The notes under the pieces are model-generated. The model ran no database searches. It was not told where the DNA came from and was given only the letters and a program-made list of their open reading frames with translations. Below are positions 34,524 through 47,175 of a DNA stretch of 64,000 bases, piece by piece. Numbering within the stretch: the first letter of the stretch is position 1; each line of letters begins with the position of its first letter. A program made the position numbers and the translations under genes. This stretch comes from Octopus bimaculoides. Its lineage: Eukaryota. Location: contig NC_068986.1 in NCBI RefSeq assembly GCF_001194135.2, positions 49,859,817 to 49,923,816 of the forward strand, written 5' to 3'.

Positions 34524-35475
34524 NNNNNNNNNNNNNNNNNNNNNNNNNNNNNNNNNNNNNNNNNNNNNNNNNNNNNNNNNNNNNNNNNNNNNNNNNNNNN
34601 NNNNNNNNNNNNNNNNNNNNNNNNNNNNNNNNNNNNNNNNNNNNNNNNNNNNNNNNNNNNNNNNNNNNNNNNNNNNNNNNNNNNNNNNNNNNNNNNNNNN
34701 NNNNNNNNNNNNNNNNNNNNNNNNNNNNNNNNNNNNNNNNNNNNNNNNNNNNNNNNNNNNNNNNNNNNNNNNNNNNNNNNNNNNNNNNNNNNNNNNNNNN
34801 NNNNNNNNNNNNNNNNNNNNNNNNNNNNNNNNNNNNNNNNNNNNNNNNNNNNNNNNNNNNNNNNNNNNNNNNNNNNNNNNNNNNNNNNNNNNNNNNNNNN
34901 NNNNNNNNNNNNNNNNNNNNNNNNNNNNNNNNNNNNNNNNNNNNNNNNNNNNNNNNNNNNNNNNNNNNNNNNNNNNNNNNNNNNNNNNNNNNNNNNNNNN
35001 NNNNNNNNNNNNNNNNNNNNNNNNNNNNNNNNNNNNNNNNNNNNNNNNNNNNNNNNNNNNNNNNNNNNNNNNNNNNNNNNNNNNNNNNNNNNNNNNNNNN
35101 NNNNNNNNNNNNNNNNNNNNNNNNNNNNNNNNNNNNNNNNNNNNNNNNNNNNNNNNNNNNNNNNNNNNNNNNNNNNNNNNNNNNNNNNNNNNNNNNNNNN
35201 NNNNNNNNNNNNNNNNNNNNNNNNNNNNNNNNNNNNNNNNNNNNNNNNNNNNNNNNNNNNNNNNNNNNNNNNNNNNNNNNNNNNNNNNNNNNNNNNNNNN
35301 NNNNNNNNNNNNNNNNNNNNNNNNNNNNNNNNNNNNNNNNNNNNNNNNNNNNNNNNNNNNNNNNNNNNNNNNNNNNNNNNNNNNNNNNNNNNNNNNNNNN
35401 NNNNNNNNNNNNNNNNNNNNNNNNNNNNNNNNNNNNNNNNNNNNNNNNNNNNNNNNNNNNNNNNNNNNNNNNNNN

Positions 35476-35533
<58 letters not shown>

Positions 35534-35539
35534 CACATA

Positions 35540-35750
35540 TACACCGGTCGTCTTTCAGTTTCCGTAAAAAAAAAAAACCTACCCATAAAACTTCGGTCAG
35601 ACCAGAGCTACAGATTCTACCAATCAAATCGATTCAGAAGTCGTTTGTCGGTCTAGGACTGTAGTAGAAGACACATGACTAATGTGCCATGCAACGGGAC
35701 TGCACCTGGAACCATGTAGTTGCTAAGCAAGCTTCTTAGCTGCACTGTCA
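35540..35750 (-). mobile_element. 5' half of CORE-type SINE, degenerate
   Basis: CTTTCAGTTTCCGT...GTAGTAGAAGACAC...GGAACCATGTAG...GCAAGCTTCTTA. Confidence 0.65.
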
Positions 35751-36919
35751 TGTACCTGGGCCTATATATATATGTACATTATACAAACACTCCAATATAA
35801 ATGTACCCAGATATAACACAGATACAGAAAAGTGTGAGAAAGAGTGTGTCTTGTAATACATAAATACACAACACACACAGATATATATATACATACATAT
35901 ACACAAACATATACACAAACATATACATACATATAAACATATATACAAATATAAACATACACACACACAAATATATACATACATACACACATATAAATAT
36001 GTACATATATATATATATATATAGAAACATACAGATACACATTTATATATACAAACACACACATAAATATACATACATAAATATATATGTACACACACAT
36101 ATATACACATACATAAATATATATAGATATATACATAGATATATATATATACATAAATATACATAGATATATACAGATATATACATGAATATACATATAC
36201 ACAAATACATATATACATAAATATACATATATATATACATAAATATACATAGATACTACATAAATATGCATAAATATATACAATACATACATACATATAT
36301 AGACATATATATATATATACAAATATGTACATATATATACCTGCATAATATACAAATATATATATAAATATATGGAGGGAGCATATTTATACATGTGTGT
36401 GTGCATGTGCATTAACATTATGTAAACACAAACACACCACCTTCGTACATGCACACATTTCAATTCTCTGGGAATCCTGCTGTCACACGTTTAATGCTTT
36501 GATAACTGAAGAAGAATACCCCCAAAAGAACCGAAAATCACCAAGTACAAATGCAGAAAGAACAACAACACAAACGAAAGCACACACACACACAAAAAAA
36601 AAAAAATGGATAAAAAAAAAAAGAAAAGAAAATGCACACACGTAAGTTTTTGTATTGTGTTACTATTTTTGACGAATTCACATTAACGAAGCACAAAGGA
36701 GCTTGTTAGAGATCGAGAGAGAGAGAGAGAGACAAACCACCATCAGCTAGTGATGTCTTGAGAAGAATGGCAGCTTTTGTGATACCACGGATAGACATTT
36801 TACTCGCCGTCTGATATCTGGCAAGATTTTGCTATAACAATGCAACAAGCTTGCATAAATATGCACATCCACACACAAAGAAATGTAACATATATGCATA
36901 CATATCGTCATTATCATCC

Positions 36920-37100
36920 TCGTCGTCGTAATTTGGCACCCACTACACCATCCTTGCAATGGATCAGATGGAATTTGTTGTTGAGGCAGGCTTTCTAAGG
37001 CCAGATGCCCTTTCTGGCTGACAATCCTCACCAGTTTCCATGCAGGGTAACATTTTCCCAGAGTTACACGTGTTTTTCACCCATTTACAGTAACCATGTG
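36920..37100 (-). mobile_element. RTE-type tail fragment of the chimeric SINE
   Basis: GGAATTTGTTGTTGAGGCAGGCTTTCT...GATGCCCTTTCTGGCTGACAATCC. Confidence 0.55.
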
Positions 37101-37149
37101 ACGAATGTGTGTGTGTATGTGTGTAAAAGCTCTCATACGGTAGTTTCAA

Positions 37150-37262
37150 CAAACCACTCGATCCAAGTTTTGGGTTATCAACACTGTCGGATTCTAGAAA
37201 AGTACAGAAATTCTTCAGGTGTAGAAAATCTTGGTTCCATGATGATAGAACTGTTGTGTGGG
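37150..37262 (-). mobile_element. Internal fragment of the TA-flanked MITE at 39171-39428
   Basis: Reverse complement CAGTTCTATCATCATGGAACCAAGATTTTCTACACCTGAAGAATTTC matches 39231-39280. Confidence 0.75.
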
Positions 37263-37295
37263 AGTAGCTATATCTATCTATATATATTCTTTTAA

Positions 37296-37660
37296 ATTTT
37301 TACTTATTTCAGTCATTTGACTGCGGCCATGCTGGAGCACTGCCTTCAGTTGAACAAATCAACCCCAGGACTTATTGTTTGTAAACCTAATAGTATCAGA
37401 CTATTTTGTTGAAATGCTAAGTTACGGGGACGAAAACACACCAACATCAGTTGTCAAGTGATGATGGGAGGGGAGGACAAACACATACACACAAATACAT
37501 ATATACGATGAGCTTCTTTCAGTTTCCGTCTACCAAATCCAGTCACAAAGCTTTGGTTGGCCCGAGGCTACAGGAGAAGACATTTGCCCAAGGTGCCACA
37601 CAGTGACACTGAAACTGGAATCATGTGGTTGGGAAGCAAGCTCTTTACCACACAGCCACT
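37296..37660 (-). mobile_element. CORE-type SINE (OR1-like)
   Basis: All family blocks present. Confidence 0.85.
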
Positions 37661-37685
37661 CCAGCACAATACACACATACACACC

Positions 37686-37766
<81 letters not shown>

Positions 37767-38289
37767 ATCAAACAGATCTATGATCAAAGGCATTCCAACT
37801 ATGACCATCACAAATTTTCACATGTGCATAGCATCTGAAGTGACCTTTTTTTTTTTTTTTTGTAACATTATCAAATAATACTACTATACACCTGATCAGC
37901 CCTTTTTTCCAATGACAGCTGCATGTTCAATTCATGATGCTGCTGCTGATGATAAAATAAATGCCTGTTGAGTATTGGGGTTGGAGTAATTGACTACCCC
38001 TCATCATCAACCTGAAAAGGATAAGAAGCAAAGTGAACCTCAGACGCATTTGAACTCAGAACATAAAGCAGGAAAAACATGCCACTAGGTCCTTCATCTG
38101 GTGCACCAAGGTTTATACCAGCTCACCACCTTAATAACAATAATGATGATAATCCTTCATGCTATAGGTACAATGCCTGCAATTTTGGAGAAGAGGGCTA
38201 GTCGATTACATCGACCCCAGTGCTCGAATGGTACTTATTTTATCAACCTGGAACAGAGGAAAGGCAAAGTTGACCTCAGTGACATTTAA

Positions 38290-38509
38290 CCCTTTGTTGC
38301 CGTATTTATTTTCAGATGCTCTGTGTTACTTTCAATTAATTTAAAATATAACAAAGAATTCAATAAAATAACTTAGTTATCATTAAGCTGGTGTTAGGAA
38401 ACATAAATCGTGAGTAAGGTTTGGTGGAAGATTTTAGTTCAAAATTTAGGAAAACAAAACATTTGTACTAGAGCCAGAGGTGGTTTCAGCTGGATTGGTA
38501 TCGGAAGGG
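38290..38509. mobile_element. piggyBac-type MITE (TTAA TSD)
   Basis: TTAA-CCCTT...AAGGG-TTAA at 38286-38289 and 38510-38513. Confidence 0.75.
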
Positions 38510-38600
38510 TTAATCTCAGTGTAAAGCCAGAAGTAATGCCAATAAGCATTTTGTCTGGAACAGTAAGGATTCTGCCAACTCTCGAAAAATAATAATAATA

Positions 38601-39167
38601 AATGCCCGGATGCAGTATCAGGCAGTGGCTCTCATGGCTTCTAATCTTAACTGATTGGAAGTGTTATGTACATTGTTTTGTCTTGGTATAAAAAGATGGG
38701 CTACAGCAAATATTCTGCTTAACACCGCAGATTTGCTTGTCAGTTGTTTGACCTTAACCAGTTGAGCATGTCTCTTGGTGGCTGACGATATGTGCATCTT
38801 TGATCATGAGCAGAAGTAGTGGGGGATCATCATAGCCATGTGTTGTGAGGAATTCTTTGGGGTTTGAATAATTCACCTTTGGAGACGTGGGTGTTTCACT
38901 CAACATCCTTAAACAAACCTTATTCAGGGACCTTTTGAGCGAGATGGGCTACTCGACCTGAAGAAAATTCTAACTGGGCCCCACCTGCGAGGTCATGCGC
39001 TGTTTATCTTGATATGAGATCCCCATGTCGTGCACATATGGTTGTGATACATGTGTCTGGTGTATTCTTATCAGACGGGTAGTCATGATGGGTATAATGG
39101 GCTTCGTATATTTTACACCAGTGTCACTTTGATGGCATGCACTGCTCTCTCATCCAATAATAATAAT
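38601..39167 (+). mobile_element. Longest copy of the about 570-bp non-coding repeat, flanked by (AAT)n on both sides
   Basis: (AAT)n-AATGCCCGGATGCAG...GCACTGCTCTCTCATCC-(AAT)n; no tRNA head or ORF seen. Confidence 0.85.
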
Positions 39168-39170
39168 GTA

Positions 39171-39428
39171 TTTCGGGATGGTAATTTTTTTTTTGTTCTT
39201 TTTTGCCAAATAAACACACACACTCTACATTCAGTTCTATCATCATGGAACCAAGATTTTCTACACCTGAAGAATTTCTCTATTAGTCTGGAATCCGACA
39301 ATGTAGATAGCCTAAAACTCGGGTTGAGTGCTTCATTGAAAATACCTTACCTTTATACCCTAAACAAGCAAAGAACGAATATATAGTGTGTGTTTATCTG
39401 GAGAAAAAAAAAAATGACCATCCCGAAA
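39171..39428. mobile_element. Tc1/mariner-type MITE with TA TSD
   Basis: TA-TTTCGGGATGGTAATTTTTT...AAAAAATGACCATCCCGAAA-TA; subterminal TAAACACACA mirrored. Confidence 0.8.
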
Positions 39429-39499
39429 TACAACAATATCTGTTTTAACATATGGTTTCACATCAGGAATTTTGCAACACAAATTCGTAAATGTAATAA

Positions 39500-39680
39500 T
39501 AATCCTTTCTACTAAAAGCACAAGGCCTGAAATGTGGTGGAAGAGGACTAGTCGATGACATGGACCCCAGTGTTTCACTGGTACTTAATTTATCAACCCC
39601 AAAAGGATGAAAGGCAAAGTTGACCTCAACGGAATTTCAACTCGGAGCATAAAGAGGGACAAAATGCCCCGCTAAATATT
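39500..39680 (-). mobile_element. OR2-like CORE SINE (3' part)
   Basis: (AAT)n CCTTTCTACT...GGCCTGAAAT...GACCCCAG...GATGAAAGGCAAAGTTGACCTC. Confidence 0.8.
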
Positions 39681-39684
39681 TTGC

Positions 39685-39875
39685 TTGACAACTGGTCTTG
39701 GTGGGTTTATGTCCCTGTAACTTAGTGGTTCAGCAAAAGAAACTGACAGAATAAGTATTAGGCTTCAAAAAATAAGCCCTGAGGGTCGATTTCTTTGACT
39801 AAAGATACCTTTCAAGGCAGTGCTCCAACATGGCCACTGTCAAATGACTGAAACAAGTAAAAGAATAAAAGAGTA
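39685..39875 (+). mobile_element. 3' half of CORE-type SINE (OR1-like)
   Basis: GTAACTTAG...AGAATAAGTA...GGCAGTGCTCCAACATGGCC...GAAACAAGTAAAAGAATAAAAGAG. Confidence 0.8.
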
Positions 39876-39954
39876 GTTGATGATGAGGATAATGGATTTT
39901 TTTACCAATGATAAAAATGATCCAAACAACACTTATACTCTTAATGATTCATCA

Positions 39955-40440
39955 TCATCATCATCATCATCGTCATCATCGTTTAACGTCTGCTTTCCAT
40001 GCTAGCATGGGTTGGACGATTTGACTGAGGACTGGTGGAACTCGAAGGCTACACCAGGCTCCAATCTGATTTGGCAGAGTTTCTACAGCTGGATGCCCTT
40101 CCTAATGCCAACCACTCAGAGAGTGTAGTGGGTGCTTTTACGTGTCACCAGCACGAAGGCCAGTCAGGCGATACTGGCAACGGCCACGCTCAAAATGGTG
40201 TATTTTATGTGCCACCCGCACAAGAGCCAGTCCAGAGGCACTGGCAACGATCTTGCTTGAAAGTCCTTACACACGCTGCGGGCACAAGTGCCAGAAAGGC
40301 GACGCTGGGCACAGGTGCCATCACAATTTCGATTGCCCCAACAGGTCTTCCCAAGCTGAGTTTCGTGTCCAATGAAGGAGACGATGTTGGCATGGGTGCC
40401 AGTCGTCGAATTTAGTTCGATTTCGATTTCACTTGCTGCA
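39955..40440 (-). mobile_element. RTE-type LINE 3' UTR with internal subrepeats, ending in (GAT)n
   Basis: Longer version of 9690-9955; the motif GATCG follows the RTE stop at 32917 and recurs in this UTR. Confidence 0.75.
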
Positions 40441-41414
40441 TAATAATAATAATAGTTCACAACATGGTGGTGGTGGTAGTAGTAGTAGTGTCTATGATGA
40501 TGATGATGGTGATGATGCTGTCTTATCAATGGACATGACAAAGATATAAAGATGATGTCAACAACAAGAAAAAGGATAACAATGATGACAACACGAAAAT
40601 GAAAGATCAACGAAGATGAGACAACAAAAAGGATAATGTTGATGATAATTGGGAAATTACAATAACCATGTTAATATGACAATGATAGGAAGGCTGATGA
40701 TGATGATGACGACGACGATGGCAACAATCGTCAGCATCAGTGTTATGAAGATGATGACGACAACGACTTAAAGGTACAAGACCAAACAAAACTGATGTCT
40801 TGATGTCAAAATTCGTCATTATTAACAACTAAACACCTAACTATTAATTAAAGCATGGATAATGTTTAATTTAATCTTTCTATCTCTGTCCTGCCTCCCA
40901 CCTTGTCTCTCTCTCTATCTATATTTCTCCCCCCCTCTCTCTCTCTCTCACTATCTATCTAGCTATCTATCTATTCATCCTTCACTCCCTCTTATCCTCT
41001 ATCACTCTCATCTTCCTTTCTTTTTCTCTCTATCATTTCTTTGCTGTGTATTTCTCCTTTCAATTATTTACAAATAAAATTAATTGAAAAATATTTAATG
41101 TAGTTTTTTTTTTTTATCTTTTTTTTTTTCTCTCTTTAAATACAGAGGTTGGAGTTGTAAATTAAATTGGGAAAATGGAAATTCAATTATTGTTATTTTT
41201 CTTTTTCTTTTGTTTGTAGGTTCAGTTGATTCATAAGTTGAGATGTAGAAGTAAAACAACTGAACCATATGGTCATGTGTTCAAACTCAACAAAAGGCAC
41301 TGTATGTATAAGACAATACCTATAGGAACCTTTGCCTGAAACCGAGGTTTCAAAGAACTAGATAAGTAATAAGAGCCTCTCTGGTTTAGGTTATATATAT
41401 ATATATATATATAT

Positions 41415-41790
41415 TCTTTTATTTGTATCAGTCATTTGACTGCAGCCATGCTGGAGCACCCCCTTTTAGACAAACAAATTCACTCTAGGATTTATTTTTT
41501 TAAGCTTAATACTTATTCTATTAGTCTCTTTTGCCAAACCCCTAAGTTACAGAGATGTAAACACCGGTTGTCATGTGACAATGGGGAGACACAAAGACAC
41601 ACACACACACATAGATAAATATACATGACGGGCTTGATTTAGTTTCCATCAGCCAAATTCACTCACAAGGCTTTGGTAAGCCCAAAGCTACAATAGAAGA
41701 CACTTGCCCAAAGTGCCACTCAGTGGAATCAAACCTAAACCATGTGGTTGGGAAGCAAGCTTCGTACCACACAGCCATGCCTGTGCCTAT
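41415..41790 (-). mobile_element. CORE-type SINE (OR1-like)
   Basis: All family blocks present. Confidence 0.85.
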
Positions 41791-41860
41791 ATACAATATA
41801 GACTAAAAATAGATAAATGCAGTTAGATACAATATAAAAGCATATAGCAAAAATTTAAGT

Positions 41861-41894
<34 letters not shown>

Positions 41895-42282
41895 NNNNNN
41901 NNNNNNNNNNNNNNNNNNNNNNNNNNNNNNNNNNNNNNNNNNNNNNNNNNNNNNNNNNNNNNNNNNNNNNNNNNNNNNNNNNNNNNNNNNNNNNNNNNNN
42001 NNNNNNNNNNNNNNNNNNNNNNNNNNNNNNNNNNNNNNNNNNNNNNNNNNNNNNNNNNNNNNNNNNNNNNNNNNNNNNNNNNNNNNNNNNNNNNNNNNNN
42101 NNNNNNNNNNNNNNNNNNNNNNNNNNNNNNNNNNNNNNNNNNNNNNNNNNNNNNNNNNNNNNNNNNNNNNNNNNNNNNNNNNNNNNNNNNNNNNNNNNNN
42201 NNNNNNNNNNNNNNNNNNNNNNNNNNNNNNNNNNNNNNNNNNNNNNNNNNNNNNNNNNNNNNNNNNNNNNNNNNNNNNNNNN

Positions 42283-42335
<53 letters not shown>

Positions 42336-42344
42336 TGATTAAAC

Positions 42345-42460
42345 CTCCAACCACATGGTTCCAGGTTCATTCCCACTGTGTGGCCACCTTGGGCAAGTGT
42401 CTTCTACTATAACTTGTTAGTGAATTTGGTATGTAGAAACTGAAAGTAGTCTGTCATCTA
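42345..42460 (+). mobile_element. 5' fragment of CORE-type SINE
   Basis: CCAACCACATGGTTCCAGGTTC...ACCTTGGGCAAGTGTCTTCTACTAT. Confidence 0.75.
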
Positions 42461-42839
42461 TATTTAGGCAACTGAACTGGCAGCCCCATTAAGCCTGCTT
42501 GGAGAGGAGAGTGATTATTGGATACCCTGTGGGGTGAAGAATAAGACCCATTAAAGGGTGGAAGAACTCAAAAGAACCAAAGGCCATCCAACTGAGGCCT
42601 GCTGTTCATGAGTCTCCTGGCACACTTGCACCAACTGCTGCTATCAGCAATACCATAAAGTATGAATGGTCCCACTCAAGACATTACCACTTTAAACAAG
42701 TCTTTGTGGGAGTTAGCAAAGGGATTTGTCTACTCCACTTTTTATCAAGATTATCCTGAGAAAGGAAAAGAAAAGGAGGACAAAAGTAAAATGCTTTGAG
42801 CCTTATGTGTCAAATATAATGAGAGTCCATTATATATAT

Positions 42840-43043
42840 ATCATCATCATCATCATCATTTAATGTCTGCTTTCCATGCTAGCATGGGTTGGACGATTTG
42901 ACTGAGGACTGGTGGACCAGGAGGCGACACCAGGCTCCAATCAGATTTGGCAGAGTTTCTACAGCTGGATGCCCTTCCTAATGCCAACCACTCCGAGAGT
43001 GTAGTGGGTGTTTTATGTGCCACCGGCATGAGGGCCAGTCAGG

Positions 43044-43045
<2 letters not shown>
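42840..43045 (-). mobile_element. RTE-type tail element
   Basis: Near-identical to 9690-9900. Confidence 0.85.
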
Positions 43046-43110
<65 letters not shown>

Positions 43111-43113
<3 letters not shown>

Positions 43114-43180
43114 CAAATTTATAGAAAAACAAAAGACAAAGACAGGTGTGGGAACAACAAGCAAAAGTATTAGCTTGACT
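43111..43180 (-). mobile_element. Penelope pLTR terminal fragment
   Basis: Reverse complement CTAATAC...TTGTTCCCACACCTGTCTTTGTCTTTTGTTTTTCTATAAATTTGAAC-(TA)n matches 24465-24531. Confidence 0.7.
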
Positions 43181-43929
43181 CTGAATGCTCTGACAATTCT
43201 GCCAGCTCCCCAATCCCACAGGATAGGTGACTTAATTTACGAACCCCAAAGAAATGGAAAGTTAAGTTGGCTTCTATAGGATCTGAACTCAGAACATAAG
43301 ACACTAGAATAAATACCACATGGTATTTCATCAGAAGTTCTCTCAACTCTGCTAATTCACTGCTTCAGGGCATCAACTGAGGCACTAAAGTAGATTTATA
43401 AGTGGACCACATCTCCAATTGGGTTTGATTCCCAATTAAAACCATTTTGAAAAGCTTATAAGATAGATGATATTTCTATCAAGCCAGTACTTGCATTTAT
43501 TTTATTGAACTCTGAAGGGAATCTTCATCATCATCATCATCACCTTCAATGTCACTGTGTTGATTTAACAGTCTTTTTTTCATGCTGGCATGGTTTCTAC
43601 AGCTGGATGCCTTTCCAAATGCCAACCTCTCCACAGACAGTATTGGGAGCTTTGTATGTAGCACCAGCACTGGGGATGTCACCAGGTTCCCATTCAAGAG
43701 AGATCCTTCAACTGAGTGGGGTATATACTATCAAGGAATATTAAAGTATGATAGAAGGACAAGGTGTCTTGTTGAAGAGGTGAATACATGGCTTACCCAT
43801 TAGGAAAGAGAGAGACAGGGAGAGAGAGAAATGTGAAGGAACCAAATGACAGCCAGTGAGACTGAACATGGGTGTTACTAAATCTACAACCCTACAAGTT
43901 CTCACCCTGTGAAACCTGCAAAAAGATAT

Positions 43930-44170
43930 TATCAACATCGTTTAATGTCCACTCTCCATGCTGGCATGGGTTGGACAGTTTGACATGGAGCTGACCTACA
44001 GGAAGTTGCCCAGACTCCAGCTGTCTGTTGTGGCATGGTTTCTACAGATGGATGCTCTTCCTAATACCAACCACTTAGCAGAATGTGGTAGGTGCTTTCT
44101 TTATGTGCCACCAGCAAGGGTGCATTTACGCAGAACCAGCACGGGTGTATTAACGCGGCACCCTCAAAAA
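43930..44170 (-). mobile_element. Older RTE-type tail element
   Basis: CCATGCTGGCATGGGTTGGAC...TTCTACAGATGGATGCTCTTCC. Confidence 0.7.
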
Positions 44171-47100
44171 GACAATAACAAATAAAAAAAGAAAGAACAG
44201 TGATATTTAACAATAAACGTTTTTTGAAAGAAACAAAAAAAAATGAAATATAATTTTAGAAAATAAAAACACTCTTATCTAATTTAAAAAAAAAAAATTA
44301 AACAGGAATAGGGTGGTGGGACACACAGACAAACTGATTTAAAAAAAAACAAATTCAACAAAGTACAACAAAAATACTTAAAAATAAAATATTACAAAAT
44401 TTTTGTTTAAATAAAAAAATAAATTTTAATTATCAGCAAAAGAACAAAAACAAAAAAAAACCCACTTTATGAACAATAAGAACAACAAAAGAAACAATAA
44501 CAAATCTGAAATTAATTGAACGTTTGTAAATTCGTTAACTGATGTATTGTGCTAGTTAAACATTTGATTGTGTGAATATCGCAGAGGAGTTGGTGTCGGG
44601 ATGGAAAGTATGGGAGAGTGGTATTGTTTGGCATTGTTTATCTGAGATTGCGTTATCTATCAATTTAATCTACTTAGGTATTCATCTATTCATCTACTTG
44701 GTTATCTTAGTGTCTCATCGAAATATCTTTGTGTGTGTATATATATATATATATATACGAACACACACAGCACACACACACATGCAGGTCCGCACACGCA
44801 CATACGGTTTTCTGGCTGCTTAGATGACTCCGTCTAAATATCTAAAGCATCTCATCTGTTTAGTTATCTGTTTATCTACCTTATTTAATAATTTACCTAT
44901 TCATTTATAAGAGGTATGATACAAAAACAAAAAAAAACAAAAAAAAAAAACAGAAAAACAAATTGAGTTGAGCAGCTAATGTAAGACGTATCAAGAAGAT
45001 ACCACACCAAAGACACAGAAACCAACACACATGCGAAGATACCTGCAGAAGGAGAAGATAGACCACGATTGTACATACAGAAGCATTAAAAAAATATAAA
45101 AACAAAATCATGGAGATGCATACACCCGCATGCATAGAGAGATAAACAAAAACCAGAAACATAAGCATGTACACACACACATGCATAAAAAAACCAAGAC
45201 AGTATATTTGTTAATTCCATGTGAGCATGACAGTGTGGTTAAGAAACTTGCATCCCAACCATGTGATCTTGGGTTCAGTCATACTATGTGGCACCTTGGG
45301 TAAGTGTTTGCTCTCTCTCTATATATATGTATGTGCATATGAAATAGAAAGAAATAATGGGTTGTATATATTTATTCATTTATTTATTATAGGCTTTATA
45401 ATATTTAGAAATAACGAATTTCTAAATCTCTCAGAGAGACTTAAGCAGTAGTGATGCGATAAAGTAGAGGAGTTTGTCTCCCCCTCGCAAACATAAGGAC
45501 ACAGAAAATGTGTCAAAGCCAACAGGAAGCGGTCCAGCTTCCTAGGGCTAAATAGCAGTAGTATATTCCCTTATTGGGACTGTCACGTTAAGTTGGCAGT
45601 ATACAACTACTTTATGATATTCGGTTATGCATTCGGGTGCATTCAACTGATTAACTTAAAATATAGGGAACCACCCCTACAATATCTTCCTCAGAGCTAA
45701 AACACACACACACATATATATATATATATATTCATTCATTCAGGCATGGCTGTGTGGTGAGAAATTTGCTTCCCAACCACATAGTTCTGGGTTCAGTCCC
45801 ACTGCATGAAACTTTGGACAGTAACCTTCAGCCGAGGCTAGTCTTATGCCAAAATTTGAAACCATTATGATGTTTCTTATTATCATTAACAACTTAAGAA
45901 AGATTCTTGAAATAGCCACAATATTGGCTAAAAAAATATGTTAAAATAATGTTATCTTGAACAAAAACGATCATTAAGATGAACAGATTTGGGCCTGATG
46001 TCAGGTACAAAAAGGATATATGCTCATAGTATTAATGAATTCCTTTTGTACAAAAAAAAAAAAAAAATGTTCCACATAAAGCTGTACTAAAAGAGTGCAG
46101 AGTATGAGAATCATGGGATGGTAAACTGCTATATGTGCTCACACCTATATGTTCCATGCCTTTTGATGACATCAGGGATATTCATTATTGAGTTTACAAG
46201 TGAGTTATGCTATATAATCTCAAAACATTCAGGAATGAGAGAGTAATCTGGTTTAAGAACACATACAGACAATCTACTTCTGTAAGAATAATTTATTAAT
46301 AAGTATACACATTAATTCATTGTTAGTGCTGGAGGCAGTATTAGTTTAGAAAAGCATTTCATATATATTTAACTTAATGTGGATATATTATAAGAAAGCT
46401 ACAAAACTGTGGTCCTTATTTTGAGAAAGCAGCTCGTATAGACATATGGTGCTAAAAAGCACAGAGGAGTATCAGCAGAAGATCAAAAAAAAATTGATTT
46501 GTCTTAGCATAGAGCTGATAGTGGATACTTGCTACTGATGATGTGTTAATATGCAGAAATACCAGATCTATCAATTCGATCACAGCTGCTGGACACTTTA
46601 CATCAGCTACTGATACACTTCTGCACATTTCAGACCTTATATGTCTATATGAGATGTTTTCTTGAGATATATACCACAGCAGTATGGCTTTCTTACAGAA
46701 TATACACATTAAGTAAAATATACAGAATGCTATACAAATAAATGCAATTTAGATAGAAAAATAAGCAAATAAAATAACAAGCCTTGAGACATGCAAAACA
46801 TGAAGTCAACCAAACATGTGTATATATATATATATATGCAAAAGTTTCGTACATTGCTTTTTCAGAAGACGAAAAAATAGTGTCAATATTCCATTGCAAA
46901 ACTATTGTACTACACTTTTGATATCTTGGCAGCTGAAGCAGACAGAAATATGGTAGTTTGACCAAAAGAACCGGCTACTACAAGCAAAAAGAAATATTGA
47001 AAAAAATGCATTTGGCCAAATTTGGAGATACGATAGTAACATTATAGCAACAATATATATATATATATAATTGTATTTATAGATCTCTACCAAAAATTTG

Positions 47101-47175
47101 GTAAAAATATTGTACCTGTTATCAACATAGCAAAATTCTCATATGAAAGGTTGTTTATCATACAATTTTGTGTGC

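Noticed and set aside
32626-35627. Long ORFs (249-444 aa) in the ORF track; likewise near 17.4, 24.7, 42, 48, 60 and 63 kb
   Set aside because: Open only because N runs and dinucleotide repeats contain no stop codons
35748-36463. Y/I/C/V/M-rich 194-233 aa ORFs
   Set aside because: Translation of a TA/CA mosaic microsatellite
36505-36540. CTGAAGAAG...CCGAAA hammerhead-like spacing
   Set aside because: No stem II or flanking helix pairing
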